The translations under genes and the position numbers were made by a program. A stretch of 63,984 bases of DNA, filler included, from Choristocarpus tenellus KU-1152 (taxonomy: Eukaryota; Protista; Phaeophyceae): assembly GCA_964200185.2 (NCBI GenBank). It is 12 parts of 12 records of this genome, joined end to end, with 100 filler letters (N's around TTAATTAATTAA, not from the genome) between each part and the next. Parts side by side here need not be neighbours in the genome. Positions count along the whole stretch, not along the records: positions 1 to 2,714 come from CAXNAD020025373.1; positions 2,815 to 8,513 come from CAXNAD020009973.1; positions 8,614 to 11,299 come from CAXNAD020025652.1; positions 11,400 to 16,923 come from CAXNAD020010530.1; 8 more parts are not named here. One strand, given 5' to 3'. The first letter of the stretch is position 1, and the number at the start of each line of letters is the position of its first letter. The notes under the pieces were generated by a model. The model was not told the origin of the DNA and did no database searches. It worked only from the letters and a program-made list of their open reading frames with translations. This document shows positions 1 through 12,812 of this stretch, one piece after another.

Positions 1-342
1 TTTTTTTTTGTTTTTTTGTTTTTATATCTCCTCCTTCTTACGCGCGGTCGGGGCGCGCCGCTCGGTATCCTTGAGTTTTAGTGATACTGTTCCAGGGTAC
101 CATAAATCACTGCAATTCTGTATTGTAGGGCAACTAATTCCATCGTGCTACCACTGTTTTTTGTTGATTCTCTGTCACAGTCACATGATAACTCCTTTGA
201 AACTGTGAAATCCCCGTCCGTGTACATTCCTTATCACAATGTCAGTACAACACCACCAAACCGTGTGTATGAAAGTGCACCTCCTTTTGTTTGTTGTCTG
301 CGAAATTATTCCTATGGAATTGTTCCAATGGAATTATTCCAG

Positions 343-632
343 GAACCGGATCCCTTGCTGGATGGCTGGAGCATGTACGATCCTGTGGCCACTGGGCAGG
401 CTGCAACGCCCTCTGGGTTTCGGAAACACCTTGGGGAAATGCTGGGGAGTGGCAGTGGTGGCCAGAGGAGGACGATGTTGGGCCACCAGGGCGGTCCCAG
501 GGCCAGAGCAAGGGACGGTGATCCTATCTGGAATGCTATCCTCGAGGATGGGGGAAGGGAGGTGGGAGGGGATGGGGAGGAGGTGGAGAATGGTAGGGGG
601 TGGTTGATGCCTCCTCCTGACCCAGATATGCG
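343..632 (+). CDS. RAB3GAP1: Internal exon of Rab3 GTPase-activating protein catalytic subunit (EPDPLLDGW...MPPPDPDM-R)
   Basis: ttccAG acceptor and GTGAGG donor (phase 2). Splices in frame to 1639 to give PDPDMRTCLLHQKLQMLNCC, matching the conserved Rab3GAP1 motif PDLRCCLLHQKLQMLNCC. Confidence 0.8.
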
Positions 633-1638
633 GTGAGGGTTGTCTATATTACTGTAGGTATATTATGATGGGTCATGACTATTCAGACTTTAAATGGCAC
701 TTGTTTATGTTCTCATTTTGAAGTGTATGTGAGCGCTAGCGTGGTTTTGCTTTGTATGGAGTACAAACATGAATTTATATGTGTGCGTGTGCATGTCCTC
801 GGAAAAAAAGGAATGTTTAATTTTTTTATGGGGGTGGGGGGNNNNNNNNNNTGTGTTGTGATTTTAATTGGGTGTTTTTTTTTTGATGTTAGAGGGGTGG
901 GTTGGTTGGGGGCGATAAAGAGTATTATCAAAAAAATTAAGGTGTGAGATATTTTTCACTCTTTTTTTTGTGTCCTTGTGCTTGGAAATTAAAATTTGTA
1001 GGGCTTGTTTTTTTATTTTTGGACATTTAATAATCACTTTAAGCCAGAGCTTATTTTGTTTTATTTTCAAAATCGAGTTATTGTATCCAGCTTTAAAAAA
1101 AATCAAAATGAATTTTATAAAATATTGCGGAACGTTTTGAAGTAGATTTCAATTTTTTCAATAGCATTAGAGTCCAAACCCTTTCCATATAATTATCAGT
1201 GACTTTTAAAATGTTTTTTCATACTTTTTCTATTACTCCAAGTATTTTTCTCTCTTCACTATGTATAGGCTATCTTTTTTACTCTCCATCTCCCTCAATG
1301 TGTCTGTGCTCTGTTTTTTTGTTTGTTTGATCTACATCACCTTGACATACTTAGGCATATATTGTGGATGATGCGTTGCAATTATTTTTCCATAATCTAT
1401 AAATTAGAAATGCTCTTTTTTTTATCATAGTGCAAATCAATTTTTTGTTGTTATTGTCTTCTGATCTTTCTTCTTTTTGGAACAATTTTTTCTGTTCCAA
1501 TGTTGGCATTATTCGTATCTTTTATTATATTTTTTCTATTTCTAACTCTCACCCCCCAACTATCCCCCAATCCCGTCCTTCCGTTCCCCCTCCCCCGTGC
1601 CCCTAACCCCCAAAACATTGACACCAATACAATGATAG

Positions 1639-2430
1639 CACTTGCCTTCTTCATCAGAAGCTTCAGATGCTGAATTGCTGCATGGAAACCCAGGAGCGCC
1701 ACAGCACCATCATCAGTGGCAGCTACGATGAATCCCACTCGCTCAGCCTGGGGCCAGACTCACCCCTCTCTGTAGCCACCCCGCCCCGGTCCCCCCCTCC
1801 CCCCCCCCAACCCCCCCCCCCCCCCCCCCCCCCCCCCAAAAAAAACACATCAAAGAAAAGGTACACCTTTCGATTGCGGCGTTCTAAACGCGGTACGAGC
1901 GCTAAGGGATATGACACCGGCAATACTGGAACGGACGTGGAGGTTTTGGACAAGAGGAGGAAGGGTGGGGATGAACACGGGGGCGGCCGGGAAGGTGATG
2001 GGGGAGATGATGGCAAAGGGGTGACTTGTTGCCCTTCTGGAGACGTGCTGATCCCTGGCGCTGGTCCTGTTGCCTCGTTGGACACTTTCCCCCCCGGTGC
2101 TGCGGGTTCTGGTACTGATATTGGAGAGCGTTTTGATAGAAATGGAGGCGTTTCTTCTGTTGAAAATGGTGATGTTGGGGGGGTAGGGGGAAGAGAGGAG
2201 GAGGGAGGCTTGAAAGGCCGGGGAGGGGAGGGAATTGATTACAGCGGCACCAGTAGGCCCTGGAGGGTCGTCGAGGTTCATTCCGGCAGACGTACTGTGC
2301 CTCCCAACTCGCTCGGCTCCTCCAGCGAGAGGGAATGGGGGGGAAGGGATGGAGATGAGCAGGGGAGTTCCGGAGGGATGGAAGGTGGCAGGGTTAAAGG
2401 GGAGAGGAGGCTGTTAGTGACAGGGCGAAG
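1639..2430 (+). CDS. RAB3GAP1: Next exon of RAB3GAP1 (TCLLHQKLQMLNCC, long Pro/Gly/Glu low-complexity insert, RLLVTGR)
   Basis: gatAG acceptor at 1638, open frame of ORF 1667-2434, GTGAGG donor at 2431. The LLHQKLQMLNCC motif and the terminal LL.TG segment fit Rab3GAP1. Confidence 0.85.
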
Positions 2431-2490
2431 GTGAGGGTGGGGATGGATTTGAGAGGTGGGAATTGGAGGAGGGGGGTGTTCTAATGGTCT

Positions 2491-2495
<5 letters not shown>

Positions 2496-2540
<45 letters not shown>
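2496..2540. repeat. (TG)n microsatellite
   Basis: Perfect TG run in the intron. Confidence 0.95.
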
Positions 2541-2544
<4 letters not shown>

Positions 2545-2714
2545 GGACGGGGATGGTGTGAGTGGTGAACGGTTCTTTCAAGTCGTTGTAGCAATGGGTT
2601 TCTAGCTGAGCAAGATGAAGCAAGATGAAGCTTGTTGATTTTTTTTTTCTTGTTTGAATTTGAATGGTACTGTGAGAAGTAATGTTCTGATGTTATGCTT
2701 CTTATGGGGAATGG

Positions 2715-2814
2715 NNNNNNNNNNNNNNNNNNNNNNNNNNNNNNNNNNNNNNNNNNNNTTAATTAATTAANNNNNNNNNNNNNNNNNNNNNNNNNNNNNN
2801 NNNNNNNNNNNNNN
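2715..2814. other. Artificial contig linker N44-TTAATTAATTAA-N44 (first of 11)
   Basis: Identical 100-bp blocks at 2715-2814, 8514-8613, 11300-11399, 16924-17023, 21536-21635, 24227-24326, 33956-34055, 52506-52605, 55227-55326, 58129-58228 and 61171-61270; TTAATTAATTAA gives stops in all six frames. Confidence 0.98.
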
Positions 2815-2870
2815 ATTAAAAAATTGACCCCAGATGGACAGCCGCCACCCCCCCCCAGATACTTTGAGTC
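2815..2870 (+). mobile_element. MITE family B, right end (cut by contig start)
   Basis: ...atggacagccgccacccccccccagatactttgagtc matches the right TIR of full copies at 24999-25174 and 32872-33058. Confidence 0.8.
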
Positions 2871-4386
2871 TGAACCGTTCTATAGGGGTGAAGGAAGCAC
2901 TCTCTAACAACTGCCCAGTGGAGGGATGCAGAAGGCAAGCGGTGGACATTGGCCACGCTCACATGTTCTCCCGAGGTGGTGACCAAGTACGGCATCATTC
3001 ACCAGTGATCTGCCAACTGGTCAACATCTATGGGGAAAAAAAACGTCCCCTGCAACTTGGAGAACGGCAGCCCCTTTAACATTGGTCGAACTTTCCGTGT
3101 GGATGCGGTCTTTCATATAGGAGTTCTCTTCCAATGCACTACTGCCCTCTAAAGAGAAAAGGGATCTATTCCTGAATGTGGCCCTTCGCTGAAGCACAAG
3201 CAGGCATACAGCCTGTTTCTAGATGACCTAACGACATATGTCATTGGAGATAGGGGAGGAGAGGTTTCAGCAGAGGGAGCTGTAAATTTCTTGGTTGAGG
3301 AAAAATTGTCAGTCACTTTCGAATGGTTATATTCAACAGAGTTTCGCCGTTTGATCTAGGGACTCCATGTCGATGGGCTAGGAGAGGATAGACGGATTGC
3401 TGTGATTCTTCCCTCAATTCTCACCTGCCTTCATCGTGACGTTTTTGAGTATTACTTTTTGTTGTTTTGTGATCCATTGTTAATCGTCGTTTTACATGCA
3501 AGTTGTGTATTCTGATATTGTAAAGTAAGATTCGTAATGCATACGTAACATTACAGAAGAAAACGTCAAAGTTCCTAAGAAGTTGAAGAGTAAAGGTTTA
3601 TGATTGGAGTATGTATACACCAGTTGCATAGAAGACCAAAGAAATTGGGTGTATGATGAAAATACTGAAAGGGCTTTCGGTCAAAACCATCACCCCTTTT
3701 TAAACAGTCTTGGATCTTGAACTTAACATTGAGTCGAGCTTTGAGCTACGCACTGAGTGGAGTATCGAGAGAAGGCTGCCTGACACCCAAAAAAACTGCT
3801 GCCAAGGACAATGCCCCCATAGCGTCGTATTAAGGCCGTTGGATTTGAGTTGTACATCCTGTGGAGGTGACTTCTGGAGCGCGCTGTAACACATGCCACC
3901 AGGCATAGTACTACCTATAAATAATAATCGAACGATGAAGGTGTTTACCTCATTCGGGTTTTGCTTGACGAGTTGTTAGTATTGGTGTGTCCAACAAAAG
4001 GGCCTACGATGCTATTAACGAGGAACCTGATTGATGGTAGCTACCCCTAAATCTGATTTGTTTTGAGAGAGGATATCACTACATAGGCTAGAGTACACAT
4101 CATCCCTATTGCTCTGAATGGTGTTCAAATACCAACAATCATTGCTAACATTTTAGACCTCTACTAGCAATGTATGAGAGGACAACAATAGTGCAATAAG
4201 CGAGATAGACTATTTTAAGGTGAGGCAGATCTAGCACACAAGAGGATGTGCTGCAAGTGACACCTAGGAGCAGAAGAGAGAGTATTTTCGTCATATGTTC
4301 GTCTGAGGAACAAATGCGAACATAGCAACATAGCAACATAGAGCCAAAGTACACGAGAGGCCCCCCGATTTTCGCCTTTTTGTTTT

Positions 4387-4644
4387 GAGTGAAAGTATCT
4401 TAGAGGGTACGAGTTTTTCCCTATTTGTCTATTTGGGGCTTGGCTTCCACGATTTTTTTAATGACATTTTAGCTACTCCAAAATGTTTCGGAGTATGTAA
4501 AATGCGTATGTTATGAAAAGGTGTGACCGGAACAAGGATATTGACATCTCCTAACAAACATGATAGCCAAAATTACATCAAAATTACAGCATTGGATTTG
4601 GCCTCCAAATGGACGCGACCCTACCCTCTAAGATACTTTGGCTC
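4387..4644 (+). mobile_element. MITE family A (~258 bp), Sola-like termini
   Basis: TIRs GAGTGAAAGTATCTTAGAGGGTA / TACCCTCTAAGATACTTTGGCTC; TTTT on both sides; four more copies in the window. Confidence 0.9.
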
Positions 4645-7600
4645 TTTTTCAAACCACATTGTTCATCTTCTGCAATCCACCCTTGCTTGTATGGGTGGAG
4701 TGCTAAGAATTGACTTAAAGAGCGTTGATTTATCCTTTTTTTTTTACTTTTCGCCATAATTCAGAAAAATCACTACGTCTATTTGTATAAAGGTCGAATT
4801 TTGCACATTTTTCAGCATCCTTAAAATTTCAGCCCTGGGCAACTCTTGTTCTCTTTGGCTCAAGAGTGGACTTCAGATCACGCACCCGCCTCGGTCCCTC
4901 TGGTTGCGTTGATTATATTGTAGAACTCGCCACCTTCACCACGAAAGTGCTTCCGCGCTTCAGAAGGTTCGATGAAGGAATACTCCTCACTCCCATCCAC
5001 ACACAGAGACCTCGAATAGCATCTCACATTTTACCTTTGAGTGGCAGAATGTGGGTCTGAATTTTTCTTGAGATAGTTTATGACAGATCCTACTTTCTAG
5101 CACCTTGAGAAAATGTGGTTAATGGGAGGTGGAAGCTCAGCAGTAGAGGAGGAATACACTTGTAGGGGAGGAAGAAGGTTCTACACTTTTTCTTTTTTCC
5201 TCGCAGTCAAACGCATTCTATAATCACAATTTTCGTTTCAAATTTTGAGATATTTTTCAGGCTCAAAATGCAAAAACCTTAGGCGTACCTCTTTTTTTAA
5301 ATATTTGTAGGGCACTGTTCCATTACCGACACGAGGATCCTTTTTTTTCACCTTGTTCCTGTCCTCCCCTACACTTTGCCACTGTTCCACTCACATATAA
5401 CACACTTTCAAAACTCCTCATCTCTTTCTCTGGAGACCACACTCCATACCTCCCATCTATTCCTGTAGTTGTAGGTTGCATAAAGTATGTTGTGACTCTG
5501 AAGCAGCTCCCCTATGTGATTCTTCTATCACCATGACCTCCAACTAATGCTACCCTATCTTCTCTCTTGTACTCATCCAAATCCCCTCGTCCACCACTGC
5601 AAAGCATTCCTCCAGACATGGGATTCGGCAAGGTCATGATTCATGTGTCACACCTGTGTGCACTCCAATATCTTAACATATTATATTTTTCCAGCATTCA
5701 CAGGCAAGGATTGTTCATAAACGTTCCTCATCGCATAGGCATGCATGAACAAGCAGATATATATTTACTCCTTCGTTGTGACCTAATTGAGTATTATTCC
5801 GTGGAGGGGAACTATGACTGCATGTTCCGCATAATGCAACACAGGGATGGGGGGGTGTTTTGTGCTTTGATTTCAGACAATTACTTCATGGCATACAGAT
5901 TCCAGAATTGAAAGTGGCATGTCACACAGGATGTAACATACCTTCCTCGAATCACTTAGATGTAGTAAATGACTACTTTGACATAATGGAGACTCTTTCA
6001 CCCTTGGGGTCAGACCATCTATGTCTGGCATTGAGTAAGGGAGATGGCTAAAGTTTTCTTCTCCCCGCGAGATTGCGAATTTACCGTTCAATTCTCTGAC
6101 AGTAACTTCTAGCATGTGTATTTTCGCTGGAGGATGCATGCTGTAGCTGGGGGGGCAGAGGAGATTGTGGGCGGGGTTCCATACATTTCCGAGATATGTC
6201 CATTTCATACTCAATGCCGATTTTATGTAGAGGTGAAGGCGTTGCACTTTGGCGAGGTCAGACTTAATTTTGTGCAGGTAGTGGTGTAGGAGGGGAAGAG
6301 AGAGTGACATACACTGCCTCACAATGTTGATAAGGGAAGAGAGGGATAGGATCACTCAAAAACTCAGGGGAAATGTCACACATGTGGGCTGGAGGGAATA
6401 GATTCTCGCGTTTTTCAGATTCCCATCGGTATTTGACGTAGGTAATATTGGCAATTACACTAGTTTAAAGTACATCAATACCGCAAAAGACACAATGAAA
6501 GAGCTGCGACTTGATTTGTAGACTTTAACTTTGTTGTCCCAGTACGCCTCTTCTTCATACCTCATAGAACCAGACAGCACCCATTCTTAGAGGTTGACCA
6601 GTGGAGTAGATAATGAATACTACTATGGCGTATACTTTGACATATACATCAAACCTCCTCCTCTTCATGGCTCCTTTGCTCAGACAGTATGTATTGTTGC
6701 TAGAGATGTGGGTGGTGGAACAGATAGTGAACACTATGGTCTATGTATTTGAAAATGACATTATTCTCATACAACATACACCCGCAACAATAGATGAAAC
6801 TTGTGAGGTGTAGTAGTCACTTTGTAGGAAATGAGTGCTGTGAGTGTGTCATGCTGTGCCGGAAACATTGGCGAAGTGTAGGTGAGGTGGGAAAAAGGTA
6901 AATAGAAGGAGACAAAAAGTTGTAAATTCAATTCGTTCATTGAACTGGACAATAAAGCTGAAAACTTGAAGCAAAATCGTGATTTCGGGATTTGGGGCAT
7001 AATATATTATTTTATTTTTTGTTCTCGATTTTTTCACGTCCTTAACGGCGTCCCCCCAACAGGACTCAACAGGTTTGACTGCCAAAATGATATTTTTGTT
7101 TGTCAGAAGCTTGTTCATCTGGAGGTGCCGTCCTCCTCTGCTGAACTTCCATCTTAAAATAAAAAAGGAGCCTAATTTTCTATGGAATAATACTGTCAAC
7201 AGAGGTGCAGATAGTGTCAGAGTGCTGTAGAACATGAGTTAACAAAGGTACGGAATGCAAGCCGAGTCGATTATCCCTAGGGGACACTTGCCCATCCAGT
7301 GTGCGACACTGTTTGTAAGAAGACGCAAATACCTCCAAAGGACCCTTCCTGATAGCATTATGGAAAAGTGATCAGATCGTGCAGCTTGCAATCTTAAAAT
7401 TGAGGGCGTAACAATGACGACGCTTGAAAGCTACCCAGCCAGCCAGCCTACGGATTGTTTAAGTCATTCTTCTTAGATGAGGGCCCCGTTGAATATTTGA
7501 GACCCATGCGACTGCCCTTTTCTGTGCATACCAGCATTGATATCCTCTTCTAAACCACAGCCTTCAAACTAGAGGATGCAGCATATTTGAGGAGTGGGAA

Positions 7601-7649
7601 GTAAGATGTCCAGGAGAATGGCAAGAAAGTCCTAAACGCTGCATAAAGC

Positions 7650-8500
7650 TTAAATAGACCCCTTTCGAAGATAGGATGGGTGTCCGAAGTCAGGCAAGGC
7701 CTTACCAATGGTATGTTTCCATCCTCCCCAACATCTTCTTCGCTGCAGTGCACAGCATACTGGTAAAGGAGTTCAAATCTGACCCCACTTTTTACAAGAA
7801 CCCCTGTTGCCATCAAGGAGACTCTGAAAAGCAGTCAGGTCAGAAGAGGAGCAATATGGAGAGGGTAACACCCGAGGAGTATGCTCTATGCTGATGATGC
7901 AGTAATTGTGTCTAACATAAATGGAAGTTTGGCCAGGATGATAACTGTGATTGTGAAGGTGACCATGTCATTTGAACTGTCTTTGTCTGAGTTGAAGACA
8001 AAATGACATGCGTTAAGCTTACCAACCAGGTTGCAGGCATTATAAAAATTTGTTTAAAATTTGTCCAACTTGGAGGCACTATCTGTGATAAACCTGATAT
8101 CACTGCCGAGATCAGTAGACAGGTTCAGAAAGGCTCGGGTTGTTTCCTCCAGTACAACAAACAACAGTGTATCATTCGATTTTTGTTAAGATTCAAAAGC
8201 TCAAGGCTCAAGTGGCCGAGACCCTGTTACAAGATTGTGTGACATGAACACTTTTCCTGGTCCGCAATATGAATCTTTGCTCTCACCACCACAATTTCCT
8301 CCTACTCTGTATTGGATATTGCAAACCGGACGCACTGACCACAAACTGTCCTACTACAAAGATGTCCTTGTAAAAAATAGAGTGTGACGGTATCAAGAGA
8401 ATTGTGTGGAAATGGAGACCCCTGTTCACAAGGTCAGTTAACAGGGGATCCTCAAAATTGAGGATGGCGCGGGACTATGAGGATGGTTGTTCTGCGAAAA
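7650..8500 (+). mobile_element. Degenerate RTE-type non-LTR retrotransposon (LINE), RT C-terminal half
   Basis: Frameshifted translation VRQG...NIFFAAV...MLYADDAVIVS (YADD at 7887-7898)...KFVQLGGTICDKPDITAEISRQVQKG...HHNFLLLCIGY...DHKLSY, typical of RTE-clade RT. Confidence 0.85.
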
Positions 8501-8615
8501 CGGTCTTTAAAAANNNNNNNNNNNNNNNNNNNNNNNNNNNNNNNNNNNNNNNNNNNNTTAATTAATTAANNNNNNNNNNNNNNNNNNNNNNNNNNNNNNN
8601 NNNNNNNNNNNNNAA

Positions 8616-8894
8616 TGCCAGGTGATGGGGGAGCGGTTTGGGTCCGTCGAGGAGATGGTGAAGGTCATTAAGAAACAGTATGAGGAGGATGATAAAACCA
8701 CACTTGAGAGGGCTCGGTAGCTCCTTTTTGTGGTGTACAGTTATCAAGTACTTAGATACAAAGGGGGGAATGACTTCAGTGTGGAGCACGCAGGGGTAAG
8801 GAAGAGGCACTTGTTTGGTGAGCTTGAAAACACGCCGAAGGTAGACACGGAGACCTTTTCTGTGGCTGATAAAGTTGTGATGGATGGGGAGTAG
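8616..8894 (+). mobile_element. C-terminus of a Tc1/mariner-type (DD39D/plant-mariner-like) transposase, one internal stop
   Basis: FGSVEEMVKVIKKQYEE...LERAR*LLFVVYSYQVLRYKGGNDFSVEH resembles the mariner C-terminal 'ti.eL...v...f....l.....L......l...GGN.y...H' segment. Confidence 0.6.
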
Positions 8895-10701
8895 TAACAA
8901 TAAAAAGAGCTGATCCTAACCAGAACTTCGTCAAGGATTCCAAATCTTCTTTCAGATGTGAATTTCATCAATATCTTCAAAAAAAGTTACATAGATTGCG
9001 CAGCACAGACTTATGGCATGGAGGTAGTATAACAACATTTGGAGCAGCAAAATATTATGAATATTATTGATAAATGTAAGAGTACGAGAGTACTGTTTTT
9101 TGTAGTAATTGTAATGCAGATTTTGATTCTGATAGTGGAAGAATATATACTGGATGGTAATAGTAATGTTGATGATAATAGTTGGAACAAAGAATGGCAT
9201 TAGAATATAAGACTTATAATATGGTTTGGCAGATAGTATTATTTGCAATGGTACTTTCGATAGCAATAGCAATGATCTTAGTAACAGTAGTCGGTTGATA
9301 ATACTGTTTTAGGAATGATAGTAATAGTACTAATAGTAGTAATAGTGATTGGCATACTACTACTAATAGTAACAATACTGCAAAAGGTAGTTATTATGAT
9401 TGGTAAGATGGTAGTAGTAACTCTACAAATCAATTGAAAAATAGTAGTAATATTACTACTAATATTAATGGAGTACTAGCAATTAATCTTGATAATACTA
9501 GAGAAAAAATATATTTCCACTACGATATTACAGTAACCTACAGACTAGGCAAAAAAATAGGTTATTGGACGCGAGTCTGGTGCAGACCCCCGCAATCTTT
9601 CTCATAACTACATTGTCTTGGCCTAGAGCTCATAATTCCTTACAAAGGTTGACCATCTCGTTTAGATAATAATTTGTATATCATAGTCATAGGTGGGTAT
9701 AGTGTATCGTACTGTGAAGAGGTACTGGTAACAGATTCCAGTCAACACTGTTCACGACGAGCTTTGAATTGGAACCTCGTCCTTACCAAGCCTATCAATC
9801 CTTTACAAATACATTCTACATATACGCTGGTCAATATTTAGATAGATTTATATAGTATAATGTTATTTTTTCTCTCGACTCTCCTCGTTTCTCTCACGAT
9901 GAGTGGATATATGCAGTGGTGACGAGGCCGTCCATCACTGGGCACATTATTGGCACTCGTTTGTGCTAGAGGTGGCAGTTCATTACATCATATATCTCTT
10001 TCAAGAAATGTAATTATTGACCATATAACATGTAATCATGTGAATTAACCTCAACAAAAACAAAGATCCAAGTTCTCCTCCAGGTAAGTGATGGAGACTT
10101 AGGTGAATCTTGTTTATATTTATTCTATATTTTTCATCAACTGATCCGCCCCAAAAGTATATCATGACCGTACAGTCACCTAATATCACATTGAGAATTG
10201 ATACCACCAACATCGTTCGTCCTAGTGTCCACTTGGAATATCGTCGTTGTCAATTAGCAATGGTTCCAATCATGACAGAATGCGAGGAAGGGGAATTGTG
10301 TGCAAATCGTCTAATGATGATCTTGCCTGCTCTGTTGATGTTTTTGGTCATGTTGTACCTGTGCTGCTTGTGTTTTCACACATTTGTAGAGTGTTGATTA
10401 CTTTCATCTTGTAACCCTTGTCGTTTAGCATCATCATCAGATCACAAACGTTAGTCAACAGTTTATATTGTAAAGCGTTTATTCCTCGTCTCCCCATTCT
10501 TGTGTACCCTCCGCTTGTACACGATACACCAGAGTCCTATATGCCGGCCCCACATACCTCTCGGCTCGTATCTCTAGGCTGACTGAATCGCTGGCCCACG
10601 CTCTCAGACCTTAAACCTGATGATGCTAGCGGATCAGATTCCATTAACCTCACTCGTATTTAGGCTGACTGATATGCTGATCCCTTGAAGTCGAACTCTG
10701 A

Positions 10702-11059
10702 AGTGCACAGGGGAACCCCTCTGTTTTCGTGAATCACTGCTATCAAATGTTTCCCACTTCTTCAAACATACAGGTCGGGGTCAGTCAGGGATAGGGCTAT
10801 GTTTTCGAAAATGTGTAGTGTGAAAAAGTTAAAAAGTGGTGGATCCGTTTTAGAGGTGGTGGTTTCCCAGTGCACACTGCACTGCTGCACCACTTAACTA
10901 GAAGGTTTCCTTGGCTGGTCAGGGATGATTTTCACACACAAGTTAGTGTCAGGGTTAGGGTTAGGTTTAGCGCTGGGAATGGGGTTAGGCTTCAAAAATG
11001 TGTGCGAAAAGGGGGGAGGGGGACAAATTGAACCCAAGACTAATTCTCCCCTGTGTACT
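10702..11059. mobile_element. Small TIR element (MITE family C) with internal TTAGGG-like repeats
   Basis: AGTGCACAGGGGA (10702) and TCCCCTGTGTACT (11047-11059) are inverted; a further TIR-like copy ggtttcccagtgcacact ends ~10878; gggttagggttagg at ~10951. Confidence 0.55.
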
Positions 11060-11451
11060 ATACCTCGCTGAGGACATACGATGAGAAAGGAGGTGATATG
11101 GAAACGTAGGTTTGCGTGTTGTAGTTATGTTTGTGGTCGTAACGTATACCGACATATCGTTTGATATATATACATATATATTTTTTCTCAGGACTTCGGT
11201 TCAGGTGTGAGAGATCTTCTGAAGGTAGGTTTCCTTCAATTCCCCTGACGTCTCCTTACGATTTTTTTTTTTTTCTTAAGTTGGTTTTTCCACCTTTTCN
11301 NNNNNNNNNNNNNNNNNNNNNNNNNNNNNNNNNNNNNNNNNNNTTAATTAATTAANNNNNNNNNNNNNNNNNNNNNNNNNNNNNNNNNNNNNNNNNNNNC
11401 CCCCTCAATGTCTATACCAAAAAAAAAAAAAAATGTGCCTACCCTTCACAG

Positions 11452-11544
11452 CCCGAGTATCGAGGAGATAGGGATCACAATGCCTTCTTGACCCCTCTGC
11501 AAAACCACATTGATTACAAGGAGAAGATCTGGCCGTCTTTCAAG
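11452..11544 (+). CDS. Penultimate exon of unidentified gene (PEYRGDRDHNAFLTPLQNHIDYKEKIWPSFK)
   Basis: cacAG acceptor, 93-nt open phase-0 exon, AAG|GTGTGT donor; joins in frame to 13280. Confidence 0.6.
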
Positions 11545-12557
11545 GTGTGTGCTTGGGGTTACTTTTGATGAGGATGGTGATAACTCGAGGAGCTTCTCAA
11601 CCCGTTTTGTTCTTACGTCTGTGGCACTCTTGTTTTTTTAGTTGGAGAAGGGGCAGGGGGTGACATATTTCGGAAAATGAGACCTGGACTTGAACTATTC
11701 ACAAATTAGTTCAGCTCAGTCTCTACATTCCTTGCCCCCCTCCTCCCTGATACCCAAGAAACATACGGGTATGAATGGATCTGCAAGATGTCAAGCACCT
11801 CCCTTGGTTTTTGTTGAAAGGTCCGAAGCCTGAGTGTGACTGGCAAGGTTCAAGGGGTCATGCATAGCTGTACCCCAAGAGTGCTTTACGTCCAAGGAGT
11901 TCCATCCTACCCTATCCCCTTGTGAATTCTGTTATGCGAGTTGCGGCTCTGTCGTTGCCATGGTGTATCAGAGATGAAATCCTTCTCCACTTGTTGCTGC
12001 TGCTGCAGCTGCTGCTGTTCAGACACTGTAAGAAACAAGGACTTCCTGGTGCAAAATTGTTGTATAGGACTCTCTCACCATCCTCGCCTTGAGCTGTTGT
12101 AGCCTGTACCTTAGAAATGCACATGCCTGCAGCAGTATTAATGTCTTGCTGACTTCAGAAGTGTTTGTGGGGGGGGAGGGGAGGGGAGGGGGGGTTGTGC
12201 ATTTTTGTTGCAGGCCTTAGGTGTTTGTAAAAGCAGTTCCGGGCGTAATCAAACATCAAAGCTTCTTTTTTTTCCTGCATGCGAAACACTTGAGCGCTCC
12301 TTTTTTCAGACCTAATTAGTCTCTGCTCGAAGCTAGAAAGGAGTTCGTTGTTTATCAGGCGATAGTGTGCTCTTCTTCTCATGATTGGGGAGTGGTGTCC
12401 TTGGCGCTGGTTGTGTGTGCTTTTTTTTTTTTACTGCTGTCTGTCTCCCACTCACGGTCTTGTGTATGTGTGTGTGTGTGTTTTAATGCATATTTTTTCT
12501 GGTCTTTTTTTGTGTATATTTTTTCTTTTTGTATGAACTTTGGGTTTCGGTACTGGT

Positions 12558-12812
12558 GAGTCAAGGTATGTTAGAGGGTAGGGCTGCGTCCATTTGAGGG
12601 ACAAAATCCAATGTTGCAATTTTGATGTAATCCTGGCGATCGTGTTTGTTAGGGATGTCAATATCCCTTGTTCCGGACACACCTTTTCATAACGTATACA
12701 TTTTACCTGAGCAGGTAAGATGTCATTTAAAAAATATATATATATGGGAAGTCAAGACCCAAATGGACAAACGAGGAAAAACTCGTACCCTAACCCTAAG
12801 ATACTTTCACTC
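12558..12812 (-). mobile_element. MITE family A copy (intronic)
   Basis: Reverse-complement match to 4387-4644; exact 4-bp TSD TGGT. Confidence 0.9.

Noticed and set aside
2715-2814. Recurring TTAATTAATTAA palindrome flanked by Ns
   Set aside because: Artificial concatenation linker; neighbourhood across linkers has no biological meaning.
12155-12382. ORF resembling the pre-RT region of site-specific LINEs
   Set aside because: Only a vague resemblance, with no RT motifs adjacent.
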